DNA of 64,000 nt from Utricularia gibba (lineage: Eukaryota > Plantae > Magnoliophyta). The stretch is from contig CM007992.1 in assembly GCA_002189035.1 (NCBI GenBank), forward strand, positions 3,720,001 through 3,784,000, written 5' to 3'. This document shows positions 39,916 to 51,969 of this stretch, one piece after another. Numbering within the stretch: the stretch's first letter is position 1; every line of letters starts with the position of its first letter. The notes under the pieces are model-generated. The model did not search any database and was not told where the DNA came from. It worked only from the letters and a program-made list of their open reading frames with translations. The position numbers were made by a program, and so were the translations under genes.

Positions 39916-40735
39916 GCCGCCGGCAGTCCGTTGCTACGTCTTTGTATAATACATCACAACACATACCCCCTCTCTCCCTCCCGGTAAACCGATGAATGAA
40001 ATTCTGGATATACCCAGCCGCCGTCTTTGCTATCTAACATGTTCTTGTGCAAGCGGATCACACTAGCCCAATGGGCCTAACCCAGGCTCATCATACGTGG
40101 AAAATCTCTTTCTATTATATAGTAATATTTTATCAAAAGTGGGACCCCGCGAGAGAGAGAGAGATTGCGTTGATCGGATTGCTCCAGGAGCACCACTCAA
40201 TGTCCTCCCTCCGGATATCCGCATTTTCTGAATTTGATTTTTTAACATATTTCTAATTTTATTTTTCCAAGGTGGCCGTTGGAAGGGCATCCCCAGAATG
40301 CCCTTCGCTCGAACAGCTAAAGTTCCTGTGACGGCGCTTCGTGAGTGCATGTCCCTTTTCGTCTTTTGATTCTCCCGCGCCCCGGTAGGGTTTTTCATTT
40401 TGTCGAATATAAAAACGGGCTCATTAATTCAGGATTTTTTACGGCCACCGCCTGCTCTCCGACGTTTCTTCGCGATCTTCCAAAAAATTCCCTCTTCCGT
40501 TTCCCATCCCTCCTCTCCGATTTCAGTGCTTATTTCTGCCTTTTCGTCCGTCGTCGTTCTTTTAAGCTTGAGCTTGCTTTTACAGAGGGGGCTTCCCTTT
40601 ATTTCTTGATTGGAAGAAAATTCAGCCATCCATTTTCCGGGTTTTGGAGATCTTTTCGAGTTTTGCGATCTGTTGTTGAGTTGGGATATTTCTGCGGGCA
40701 GTGCTTTCTATCTTTGAATTAGTGGTTCGAGAACA

Positions 40736-41422
40736 ATGGATCTGCGCGATGATGTAATGGCTCCTCTTCATCGTACTTCTGATCTATCTAGTGGAAAACA
40801 GCTGATTTTTTTTAATCATGATCCTTCTATTCTCTGGGTGATTGAGGTCGCTTTGACACTTTTTTGATGAACTTAGCAAATCTCCGTGGTTTTTTTAGGG
40901 CTCAGAGTGCCAAGGGATGAGCAACAGGACCTTCGATGTGGTTTCATCCGACGGCGCAAATCTCAAGAGGTGCGTAGATTGCGGTACCTCGAAAACCCCA
41001 CTTTGGCGAGGCGGTCCAGCAGGTCCCAAGGTAAAACCGATATACAAAAATGACGAGTCTTTTCTTGATTCAGTTACGACAATGGCCTGGATACTCCTCT
41101 GCAGTCCCTTTGCAACGCGTGTGGGATTAGGAGCCGGAAAAAGAGAAGGGCGCTAATGACGAAACAAGAAAAGAACAGCAAGAAATGTTCCTCGCTTAGC
41201 CCCAGGGGTCACCACAGCTGCAGCCACAGTAGTAGCCCAAGCAGCAGTAGCGCCGGCGACGGGGGCGACAGTTTTCAATGTAAGAACACATCAGTGGGCT
41301 CCGGCAGCCAATCGAGTCTACAGAAACCGAGATCGAACACAAATCCGAAGAGAAAATTGGGAGAAGAAGAGCAAGCCGCTTTCCTTTTGCTAGCGTTGTC
41401 ATGTGGCTCTGTTTACGGTTAG
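40736..41422 (+). CDS. B-class GATA factor with LLM domain (GATA15/16/17-like), 3 exons
   Basis: MDLRDD|GSE..CVDCGTSKTPLWRGGPAGPK|SLCNACGIR; C-terminal EEEQAAFLLLALSCG. Confidence 0.92.
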
Positions 41423-41676
41423 CCCAGCACCGTGTACCACATACTACTGGCTTCCACCGCCGGCGGTTTTGCGTTTTATCCTTCACGGCTCATATGGCGT
41501 TTAATCGCAAAACCGCATCATTTGTTCAGGGCTTTAGCCGAGGTCTTAGCCCAGAAATGAAACTGAGACCTGTCCCAATAATTTCATTGCTTATTCCATC
41601 ATTTTTTCCTTTGTTGATGGTGTTTGTTTTTCCGACATCGCATCGCCAAACACTTTTTATTGGATATGACGAAGGC

Positions 41677-42341
41677 TTAAAAGGAAAAGGGGCACAGGGG
41701 GGAGACAACACTGGCGCACACCTTCACGGAAACCATGCAAACCAAAGAAGAGCGAGAGAAGCGGGAAGTTGATGGATCAGTACTCGTGGGGTGGGCGTGG
41801 AGGTACTCCTCGACGGCCTTGAAAAGCCCCCTGGACTTCTCCTTCCCTTCCTTGATCTTCTCCTCTGTGATCTCGTGGGTTCCGGTGGTGTAGTACTCGC
41901 TGGCGGACTTGATGATGGAGCCGGAGCCATGGGCTTCGATCTTCACGGTGGTGGTCACCTTCTCCAGCCCAACCAGTGTATCTCCTTCCACCACCGAGTA
42001 CTTGAACACCTTGTTCGCCTCATCCAGTTCATCGATCACATGCTTCGACGTCTTGTAGCTGCTCCCTGACAAAAGCATAAGCCACGGCAATAGGAGATGA
42101 GACAGAGTCACAGAGCGCGCACGATTCATCAGGAAGCAGCTGGTGGGATCCGCGTACCTTGGCCGAAGGTGATCAGTTTGACGGTGCCGGCCTTGCCGTC
42201 TCCCTCGATGATCTGGATGCTGCTGAAGGCGGCGGGGGCGACCTTGGGGAGGAGGTTATCGCCGTCGAGGACGAAGGCCTTGAAGAGCCTCTCTGGTGCG
42301 ACGGCAGAGGAGACTTCCTGCTCGTACTTGATCACACCCAT
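41677..42341 (-). CDS. PR-10/Bet v 1 protein, copy A (exons 42341-42158 and 42065 onward); a 1-nt loss at 41788-41791 removes the normal stop at 41777
   Basis: P-loop EGDGKAGT, intron at codon 62, KYSVVEGD, LFKAVE.YL. Confidence 0.9.
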
Positions 42342-43835
42342 ATCTCAGGCAAACACTTACTACTCAGCTGGTGTCGAGTGTGCAGAATTGCGGTGCCCAA
42401 ACGCCTCAATTTATAGAAGAGCCAATGGGTGTCGAGGAGTTGCCTCTGCTAACACACTTCTCCATTTTCCCGCACAAGCTGACTCTTCTCATGTGTCGTT
42501 TTCTTAATGTGGCGGTCTTGCATGGGCGTGTATCTGGACACTCTTGAGTCTTGAGACATTTTCGCTCAAAGAAACACATATGAGAAGATGCATACAGACA
42601 GTGTCCTAATGCGGGACCGAGTCTCGACGACAAGTCCAGCCTTCTAGATTGATTAGTCCATCTGTTCAGGTGAAACAGAAAATACTTTTCTTCATGAGAT
42701 TCAGTGGAAAATCCAAAAAGTTCAATCCAAGCGAGTGATGTTGCACCATCATCGTGTGCTTTGTGAGTTCCGGACGGGAGACGCATGGTGATGTTTCTCT
42801 TGTGGGATGGCAGGCTCCATGCAATACACTCTGCATTTTCGCACACTAAGCTTCTCACCAGGCTGAGTTGTTCTTCAAACCAGTTGGACGATTCGACGAC
42901 GAGATCCAGAAAAAAAGACAAATGACTTTGAAATTGTCGTTTCACTGCGGTGACGGAAAATCACTCTCGCGGCGGCGGATTCTAGAATCCAATAGAAAGT
43001 AGTGATTGCTTGAATTATTGCAGAGAGGGTCGATGGAACGCCATCGATGACCATTCAGAGCTATAACAGTAACAAAAAATAATGAAAACACAGGGACGAT
43101 GGAGAAATGCATAGATCTAACTCCTCGACGCCCCTTGGCTCTTCTATAAATTCAGGCGTTTGGGCACCGCAATCCAGCACACTCGACACTAGCTAAGTAC
43201 CAAGTGTTTGTGTGAGATATGGGTCTGATCAAGTACGAGCAGGAAGTCTCCTCTGCCGTCGCACCAGAGAGGCTCTTCAAGGCCTTCGTCCTCGACGGCG
43301 ATAACCTCCTCCCCAAGGTCGCCCCCGCCGCCTTCAGCAGCATCCAGACCATCGAGGGAGACGGCAAGGCCGGCACCGTCAAACTGATCACCTTCGGCCA
43401 AGGTACGCGGATCCCACCAGCTGCTTCCTGATGAATTGTGCGCGCTCTGTGTCTCTGTCTCATCTTCTATTTCCGTGGCTTATGCTTTTGTCAGGGAGCA
43501 GCTACAAGACGTCGAAGCATGTGATCGATGAACTGGATGAGGCGAACAAGGTGTTCAAGTACTCAGTGGTGGAAGGAGACACACTGGTTGGGCTGGAGAA
43601 GGTGACCACCACCGTAAAGATCGAAGCCCATGGCTCCGGATCCATCATCAAGTCCACCAGCGAGTACTACACCATCGGAACCCACGAGATCACAGAGGAG
43701 AAGATCAAGGAGGGGAAGGAGAAGTCCAGTGGGCTCTTCAAGGCCGTCGAGGCGTACCTCCACGCCCACCCCCACGAGTACTGATCCGCTTCTCTCGCTC
43801 TTGTCTGGTTTGCATCGTTGCCCTGAAGGTGTGCG
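41714..43835. repeat. Inverted duplication: arms about 41714-42450 and 43118-43835, spacer about 670 nt
   Basis: Near-identical exons and intron; shared TATA region and 3' gaaggtgtgcgc in opposite orientation. Confidence 0.92.
43219..43784 (+). CDS. PR-10/Bet v 1 protein, copy B (43219-43402, 43495-43784)
   Basis: Same motifs as copy A, ends HAHPHEY*. Confidence 0.93.
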
Positions 43836-44784
43836 CTTCTCCTGCTCTACTTTGGTTTGCACCGTTGCTGTGTCGGTGCGCGCTTGTGTTGTATCCTTTA
43901 AGCCTTTAATATATGAAATAAGAAGTATTTGATGATCCGATGAGAGAAACAAGTTGTCATCATCAGATGATCTCCCAGAAACCGTTCCTTATCAAACCGT
44001 AAAGGCTTCAGATCTAAATCAGAACAAAACAAATACGTCATGTCATTCATCCTGATCCAACTACTTACAAAATTCATATCTCCCACCACCACCTTTCGGG
44101 GTTGCCGTTTGATGATTTCAAGCGTTCGGATCTCTTTTCATGGCCGGAAGGACTGGCGAAGGCAAACGACTGAATTGGAGTTGGGCTTTTCTAACAGGCC
44201 CAGATGCTTGTTATTGAAAAATGGCGCATTAACAGCCCAACAGCGGCTACCGTCCGAGGAAGTAAACCCAAAAAGTCTGTCCCAGGATCACCCCCAATTT
44301 CATTCTGACACGATGCAATTTCGAACCCTAGATCTGAAATTCCGAGCGTTTTAATGGAAATCTGTGTGATATCAGAAGTTGTAACGTCAATTCCCTTCTC
44401 CGGGAACTGCTTAGTGTTCGGGAATATCCTAATTAGACGTTCGGAGAAAGTGTTGTCTGTCGTTGACGCGTCGACGGATCAGGCACAAGAAACGTTGCCG
44501 CAGTCCGGATGTTGGCGTACACTTCCCCCGACGAAAACTCTGATCAGGAGGCGTTTCTGATAGGTTCGCAGAGTTGGGATTAAAACCTTAGACGTTGCAG
44601 CATTTTTGTTATGTCTAGCACTCACGCAGTGGGCGTTACCGGCGTCCCCCAAGATGTAGCCGGCATGTTACTGCGTCCCGTCCGAGTAGCTGTCCAGAAT
44701 ATGGTGAGGAATTCTAGATTGTCTTGTTTGGACAAGGAGGGGGGGTTACCCATCTAGGGTGTTGATTAATTGGCATCGAGAGAT

Positions 44785-47700
44785 GTTAGTACGTGGATAC
44801 TCTACCCGATACGGGATACGTTTAATTATAAAGTATAATATTTGAGGATACATCAAATATTATTATTATTATTGTGTAATCAATTTTTTATTAAACATAA
44901 AATGATATATAATAAGATACAAAAACATATTAAACTAAAAATGACATATAATAAGATACAAGAGCTTGTAGAAAATAAAACCAAAGGATTGCTTTTATAA
45001 TCAAGCATCTTTTTCTAATATTAGCATACATAATAAGTAAACTTAAAAAAATCATTGAGTTAACTTAATATCACTAATTAACATCATCAAATTCAGACTG
45101 CAACATATCATCAAGTGCACTAATTTCTAAATCCCAATCAATGTCATCCAAGTTAATATTGGGTGCCTAACGAGTAGCATCACCTTCATCTTCAAGATAT
45201 TTAACCATTTCATAATCAACATCCCGATATTTTGTCTCACCTTCAGTATACTCAGGAGAAGTTCTTGAAAGCACACAAAGATTAGTATGCACATATACTA
45301 ATTTTTCTGCACGTTCAGGAGCTAAAGAACCTCTCTTTGGAGAATGTATAAAATCATATGTACTCCAATTTCTTTCACAATTTGAAGATGAAGAGACTTG
45401 CCCAATGAGCTTTTTAGCAAAGATTTGAAGATGAGGTGTTGTTGCCCCATAAGCTATCCACCATTCTAATGGCTTCATTTTAGATCTGCAAAGCATACTA
45501 TTTTTATCTTCAAATGCACCCAACATTCTTATATACCTTGAAATTTCTGTCATCACAATTGTTCGATCATCTTCATCATGAAAACAAAATTCTACCCATT
45601 GATTTCTCAAACATAGAAGTTCACCATCAACATCAAGTGGAAGTTGATTTGGATGTTCTCGACGCCATTATAATGTTGTACACCTATACAAAAATATTAA
45701 CATAAAAACATAAAGTAATTTAAATCAAATTATATATATAGAAATAAAATATACATACCTTGAATTCAAAGTATGAGCAATGACATGCAAAGGAGTCAAG
45801 TTTTGTTGTCTTCTTGCTAATACAATCCCATGCAAAACACTACAAAAGTAACATTCCATATGTTCTGGAATTTTCTTGTATGTATAAATAACATTTTTCA
45901 CATTCAATATCAAAATATTCCACATATCATAAACCAAATGTAAGGAAGGTCGATCAGTATCACACTTCCTAATCATACAATGTATAAGTTCAGTGAAAGC
46001 CAGAATAAAATCAATCGAATCCCATAACTCATCATTCAATACTTTTGCTTTGATAATAGCAGCCATTTGGACATTATCTGACCGATAAGAAGACCACTCA
46101 GAACAAGTCACCAAATTAGACAACTCCATCTTCAATTTTTTGAACCTTTCTAGCATAATACAATGAGATGCAAAACGAGTATCTGTGATTTTCAGTAGTG
46201 CTAAAGAAGAGTACATCCTAAACATTGATAATCTCATAGAATGGTTTAAAATAAAACTTCTGATAGTTACCACACTACTTAAAGCATCATTAATCAAGAT
46301 CATTTCTTCAAAGTCATCATTCTTTTGAGAAAATATATCTTTCAATGCCAAATTTAATGTGTGATCAACACATGTAGTCCAAAAAACCTGCATAAATAAT
46401 ATATAAATATTCAATGTAAATGATTATAAAGCCTATGGAAATAAAAAAACAAAATGAAATACCTCAGGATATTTCTGTTGAATTATTGAACCAGCTCCTT
46501 TGCAATTGGAAGCATTATCCGTAATGATTTGGACAACATTTGAAGATCCTACTTCTTCAATGACACTTTGCATAAGAGAAGCCACGAAATTAAAACTTTT
46601 TATCTTGCCTTCGCAATTTGTAGCTTTGAGAAAAAATGTTCATGATTGATTTACAACTAAAAAAATTAATAAGAGGGCTTCTACGTGGGTATGACCATCC
46701 ATCACACACTATAGTGACACCTTTTAACTCCCAAGTGTCCTTAATAATTTGAAGTTTTTCTTCAATACTTTTTTTTTCTTCATCTAATAATTTGATTCGT
46801 AAAGAATCCTATTATGGAGGTTTGTAACCTACAAAATACACAAAGTTTTAGTAGAAATTAAATTATATGAATAAATAAAAAGCATTCAAAGAATTAAAAT
46901 ACAAACCTGAAATGTTTAATTTACATGCTAATTGATATGATTTCTTAAAATGAGGATTTCGAGCAAGCATGAAAGGAATTCCAGCAGAATAAAACATTTT
47001 TGCAATTTCTTGATCTAATTCTTTTTTAGCCCTTTCATTGTAAATAGTGTCCAATGTTTGTTGGCCATCACTTTTTTTCCTTTTTCCAACAAATCTTTAC
47101 GTAGAGTCCATATCCATAGAGGAGCTGTCACATTTTGATTGCAATGAACTGATAACTTTTCCTTTATTTCTAAGTCTTCTTTCCTCTGCTTCCTTTTCCA
47201 AATTAAGCAACATAGCACGGTCTGATCTTGTTATAGTTTCACAAGCCTGTATCCCTTTCCCAATTAATCCTAACGAATGTCCCTTCACTCTGAAATATGA
47301 TCCCTTATAAGTAAAATCACAATATGAACATATAAATTCAACATTGCCACCTGTTTCTCCAATCCTTCTAACTTTTGAAACATAATTCCATAATGGCCAT
47401 ATATCTTCAGTTGCATTGCTTTCACTTGTGTTTTCCATTTTCGAATTTCAAGTATCAAGAATCTAAAATAAACATTAGTCAAGTCAATACAAATAATCAT
47501 TACGAATATATAATCAAAGTATCATTCTTCTAATCAACAAGATTGTAAAAACTCACCGTCTTAAGTATTCGCCATAGTAAACTCGTCGACTTGTCTTGAG
47601 TTGCAAAAGTATAGACTGCAAATTAATCTCAAAGTGAGAAAGAATCTCTTGAATTGCAAAGATGAGCCGTCGGCCGTCGGGTAAATTGGAGTTGCAAAGA

Positions 47701-47847
47701 GGTAGGGCAAAGTCAATTAGTATTAATTAAAATGTTTTTAGATATATAATAAAAAATAAACTTAATAAATTATGTATTTTAATATTAATGTATTAAATAA
47801 TATTAATTTCTGCACTCTTGTACCGTCCTATTCACGTACTAACTATG
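44785..47847 (-). mobile_element. Decayed hAT DNA transposon (BED finger, DUF659-type core, hAT dimerisation domain)
   Basis: BED-like C..C..H, IAKMFYSAGIPF, CDGW, VVQIITDNA, FWTTCVDHTLNL, WW..YG, SSSNCERNWS; stops (GYKPP**) and frameshifts; inverted 15-mer at 44785-44799 and 47829-47843 (14/15); no clear TSD. Confidence 0.88.
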
Positions 47848-47971
47848 TAGGAGGTGTCGGACACTCAATTTTTCTAAAATTGTGTCTAGTTAGTTGCCGT
47901 GATATATGCATCTTTTATGATTACATTTCGGATTATTCGTTTGCAGCAAATGACGAATGGAGGCCCATGGG

Positions 47972-48666
47972 CTGAGTTGGTGATATACATCTTTTTGCAT
48001 TTTTTGTTTGCAAAATACATCTTCTTGTATTAGGTTAGTAAAATACATAATTTTACTAAATCGACTGCGATTGCTGTTGACTCCGTCGCATTTGGAATGA
48101 AGTCCGCCAAGTTCATCGTCATTCACCCGCCGGTCCAGAAATCTGGCCCCACCATTGCCGCCTAGCACCACGCGGTGCTGAAGGTTATCATCTTCTTCGG
48201 CCAGGCTTTATGTTTAAGCCAGACCTGCGACGTCCGTCATACGAGATGATTCGTCGCTTCATGGATCTGTTGCCCATGCCCTTTTATACTATGCGTCGTA
48301 GAATTTCACCGCTGTCAGTAGCCGTATGTCTGCTTCGGAAGTGAGGTACACCGCCGAAGTTCTCCGGCGACGCCCGCCGCCGTGCAATCTATTGGTTTTT
48401 GGGATGACCCACGAAATGTTCCTGTGGAGTTCTCTCAACTTTGGGGGCCGTAGAGGCACCCGTCAGTCGAAGTCTACGGTGTGCATTACTTCACGAAAGT
48501 GAGCCAACTCCGAGATTTGATTCAGTATTACAAGGCGGAGATCAGCGGCGAGTGTCGACCGGTGCAATTAATGTAAAATGATGTATTTTCCTAACTCAAT
48601 ACAAAAGGATGTATTTTGCAAATAAAAAATACATAAAGATGTATTTCACTAATTTTTTCGAGTCGT
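47972..48666. mobile_element. Non-autonomous Mutator-like element with about 80-nt TIRs and a captured gene fragment (Pack-MULE-like)
   Basis: TIRs about 47977-48058 and 48572-48653 built of AAATACATC units; CCCATGGG flanks both sides (47964-47971, 48667-48674). Confidence 0.75.
48097..48567 (+). pseudogene. Captured IRX15/IRX15L-like (DUF579) fragment inside the MULE
   Basis: MKSAKFIVIHPPVQK..ALLYYAS*..MS.SE....VLRRRPPPCNLLVFGMTHEMFLWSSLN.GGR, frameshift, HPSVEVYGVHYFTK...ECRPVQ. Confidence 0.82.
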
Positions 48667-48999
48667 CCCATGGGGTGGCTGCTTTCGGATAACTGGGAGC
48701 GGAATAGATGCAGTGCACTGCTGAGCTGAGCTGAGCGCACATCTCATCTCATTGTTACTTACGCAATTGGTCTTCTGTTGTCGGAAGCCCTGGGATACTC
48801 TGCTCCCTGTCAGAAGGCGAGTTGAGGCGTCGACTGGTCTCCATCACCGCTTGAATGCGAGGGTCCCACCTGCCGCAGGCGACCTTTCAAACCCGCCTCG
48901 GCTACCCAATTGCAAAACAATTCAAGAATGGCTGAAACGATTACTTAATTCATTCGCGTTCCGTTGGATTTATGAAACTTAGCCCTTGTTTAATATGAG

Positions 49000-49614
49000 G
49001 TTATGAGGTTGGTTTATGATAGGTTTACGTAAATTGTATTGTTTTGTATATATGTATAATTATATTTTATATATGAGTATAATAATTATTATATACATAT
49101 AATAACTTCATATATGATTATATGTATACTCATGAGGAATATAGTTATTTTTATATACATATATTTAAATTTAGCTAAATCCAAATAATTTAAATCTATT
49201 AATACTTAAAATACATGAAGTAAATAAGACCTTACATGTATTCAAATAAACATTATTTACTAAAAATATATAAATTTTAAAAAATAAAATTATATAATAA
49301 AAAATAATTTAAATTTAAATTATTAAGAATAAAGTGATAAATCAATATGTAAATATTTAAATATCAGATCAATCAGTCTTTAAAAGATAAATCTAATATC
49401 GAAAATATTAAGACTTATATTAATGAATAATATAACTATAATCTCAATGAAAAAAAAAGATAATCCATACAACAACTAATGAAATAAAATATAATTATAA
49501 TTATAAATTTAATAAGATTATTAAATAATATATGCATATTTCTTGCATTGAAAATTTTTCTTTTTAATAATAATTTATTGGATGAACGCGTACGTGTATC
49601 TAATACATGACTAG
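49000..49614 (+). mobile_element. Possible non-autonomous Helitron remnant (3' end)
   Basis: Very AT-rich body, near-palindrome acgcgtacgtgt at 49586-49597, then CTAG|T at 49611-49615; 5' end not found. Confidence 0.3.
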
Positions 49615-50383
49615 TAGAATGCATATATTATAGTAGTTGCAGAATAAAGAAGAGAATTTAAAAAATACATTGCAGTCTTAGGAAGCCTGCAAAAAATGAT
49701 CCATTTATGAATTCATTAATATGAGGAGGAAACCGCCGAGGGGCCCAACCGTGTGACGCCAGTAGCGTTGTCAGCTTCCTTGCGACGCGTGGCTACATCA
49801 CAATGGAGTTCTGTTGAACGATTTCTATTGTAAAAAAATTACAAGTATTGTTTTTTTTTTTTACAAAAACATATAAGGTTTAGTTTCAAAAGAAGTTCTT
49901 ATTGTAAATTTGACACCATTAAAAAATTGCAAATGGAAATGCAAATGAGGCCAGTGATTCCGAACTGTAGGTGTGCCACTCCAGTCCAGTCGAGGGATGG
50001 ACTATGTAAATTTATAAAAGAAGCAATAATGAGACATGGTATAGAAGCGAAAAAGGCGGGGTCCCATCCACCATCCATCCATCATCGGAATCGGAATCGG
50101 ATCCCCGTATTTTTTTAATCTAAGGAGCTCGTTGTTTATGGGCACCCGGATCCCCATCCAACGGAATAAAATAAACCGCCGCAGCAGTCCACGACTCATA
50201 TCAAAACAAGAAAGAAAGAAAGAAGCTAATCTCCTTTCACTAATCTAACCTATTCTGTGTGCCTTAGGGTCCCCAGTTCATTAATGGATGACGTCCCTGT
50301 GTCTGCTCAACTGGCTGTGTGACGGATTAGGCCAGGGCGGCTCCGTGGAGGTTTTACCATACCATTGTCAGAAGGGCTCTGTT

Positions 50384-50730
50384 GGTGTTTTACCCCACCT
50401 ATAACAAGTTTTTGGAATTTACCCTATCAATTTACCTTATTACTATTCTTTTTTAAAGAATTTCAAAATCTAATAATAAGAATAATAAAATCTGATGCAT
50501 TGTTTAGATACATATAAACTATTTTATTTATCAAAAACTGAAAATAGATTTCAATATTTTTTCATTATACAACTTAATTGATTGAAATACATAAATTATT
50601 TATAAACAAAATAGAAATATATATTATATGTAGTATGAAATATTGATTCTATATGAAGAATTTATATTTTTCAAAATTTTAAGTAAATGAAATGCATAAA
50701 TAAGAATTTTAAAGTTGGGGGGTATTCACC
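50384..50730. mobile_element. Possible AT-rich MITE with imperfect GGTG..TACCCC terminal repeats
   Basis: ggtgttttaccccacct versus the reverse complement of agttggggggtattcacc, flanking about 310 nt of AT-rich DNA. Confidence 0.25.
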
Positions 50731-51433
50731 CTATTTCCCGTTGGCGCTCTTGTAGGAGGAAGCCGTATGGGCATCGCGCACACTGTGTTGTGCAGTGATC
50801 TGGGGGTTCATTCACCACTCGACCGACCCTTTTCCCAACCAAGGAGGAAATCAACGGCTTTGATTTCTCCTGAGCTCTGTGTTCGCAGCCCCCCTGATCT
50901 CTTCTGCGTTTTTTCTCGCAAGTTGGTCCTGGTGCATTGCATTGCATGCTTAGGGTCAGACCAGTACTGTGCGATGAATACCAAGAAAAAACAACAGTCT
51001 AATGTTCCGCTTATTTGGTCCAAGCAGCCTCAATCATTGCCGCGGCGTTTCTTATTTGTGTTGATCACCATGATTTTCTGGGGTCCATGCTTTGGGAAAG
51101 AAGAAACACGATCCTCCTCATGAATCCCAATCGTAACCACGTCACCCCTACTCATGTGATCGCAAATGGGTGGTTACCAAACGCTAGTCCATTTTCACGA
51201 TGCTTGATCCGACACTTTCCTGCGTATCCACATCCATCATTCTTGTAAACTTGTTTATCAGTTATCAGTGTGGTGAGATCTGAATTGCAATTTATGGCCA
51301 ATGGCACCACCGCTTTTCTATAACTTGAACAGGAGAGGGTGGTCGTTATGATTAGGGGGATAAACTGGAGGGGAGGATCGATTGATTGATTGATTGATTG
51401 ATGCACGTGAAACAAAGACAGCAGTCCTAAGGC

Positions 51434-51969
51434 TTAAAGGAAAAAGCTCCATGGATAAACCGACGCGGGATCCGGACTCGGACTTAGCTCCAGAAACGCC
51501 TCCAGCTGCGAAAGAGTTTCCTTCATTGACTCCTCCTCCACGGCTTCTTCAGCAGCTGGAGCCATTCCACCACTTGTTGGCTGAAACACTTGGCCTGGGA
51601 AATTGAGCTTCGCCTTCTGTCCTCGGATCCTCTTCGCCGCTCGGTCATACGCTTGAGCCGCTTCAATCTCCAAGTCGAAGGTTCCGAGCCAAAGCCTGCC
51701 ACCCTTTTCAGGGTCCCGGATCTCTGCTGCCCATTTACCAGAAGCTCTTCGTCTCACGCCTCTGTACAGGGAATGCCTTGCCCTCTGCGTCTTCTTCTTG
51801 CCCTTAGCAACAAAATCTAAGAAACAACATGTGGGCCGGCTCACTCAATGGCTAAACTAAACCTACAAGTTGAGGAAGCATGAATTAGAAAGCTGAACGA
51901 CCTACCTTCGGGGAAAACAGTGGAGGAGTCTGTTAGAGGAACTCCGTAGTCCGCCGAGTCTCCGCACAT
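51434..51969 (-). CDS. Group VII ERF (RAP2.3-like), 2 exons (51969-51906, 51816-51434)
   Basis: Spliced N-terminus MCGDSADY..; AP2 domain [30 protein letters not shown]; LEAFLEL motif. Confidence 0.85.
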
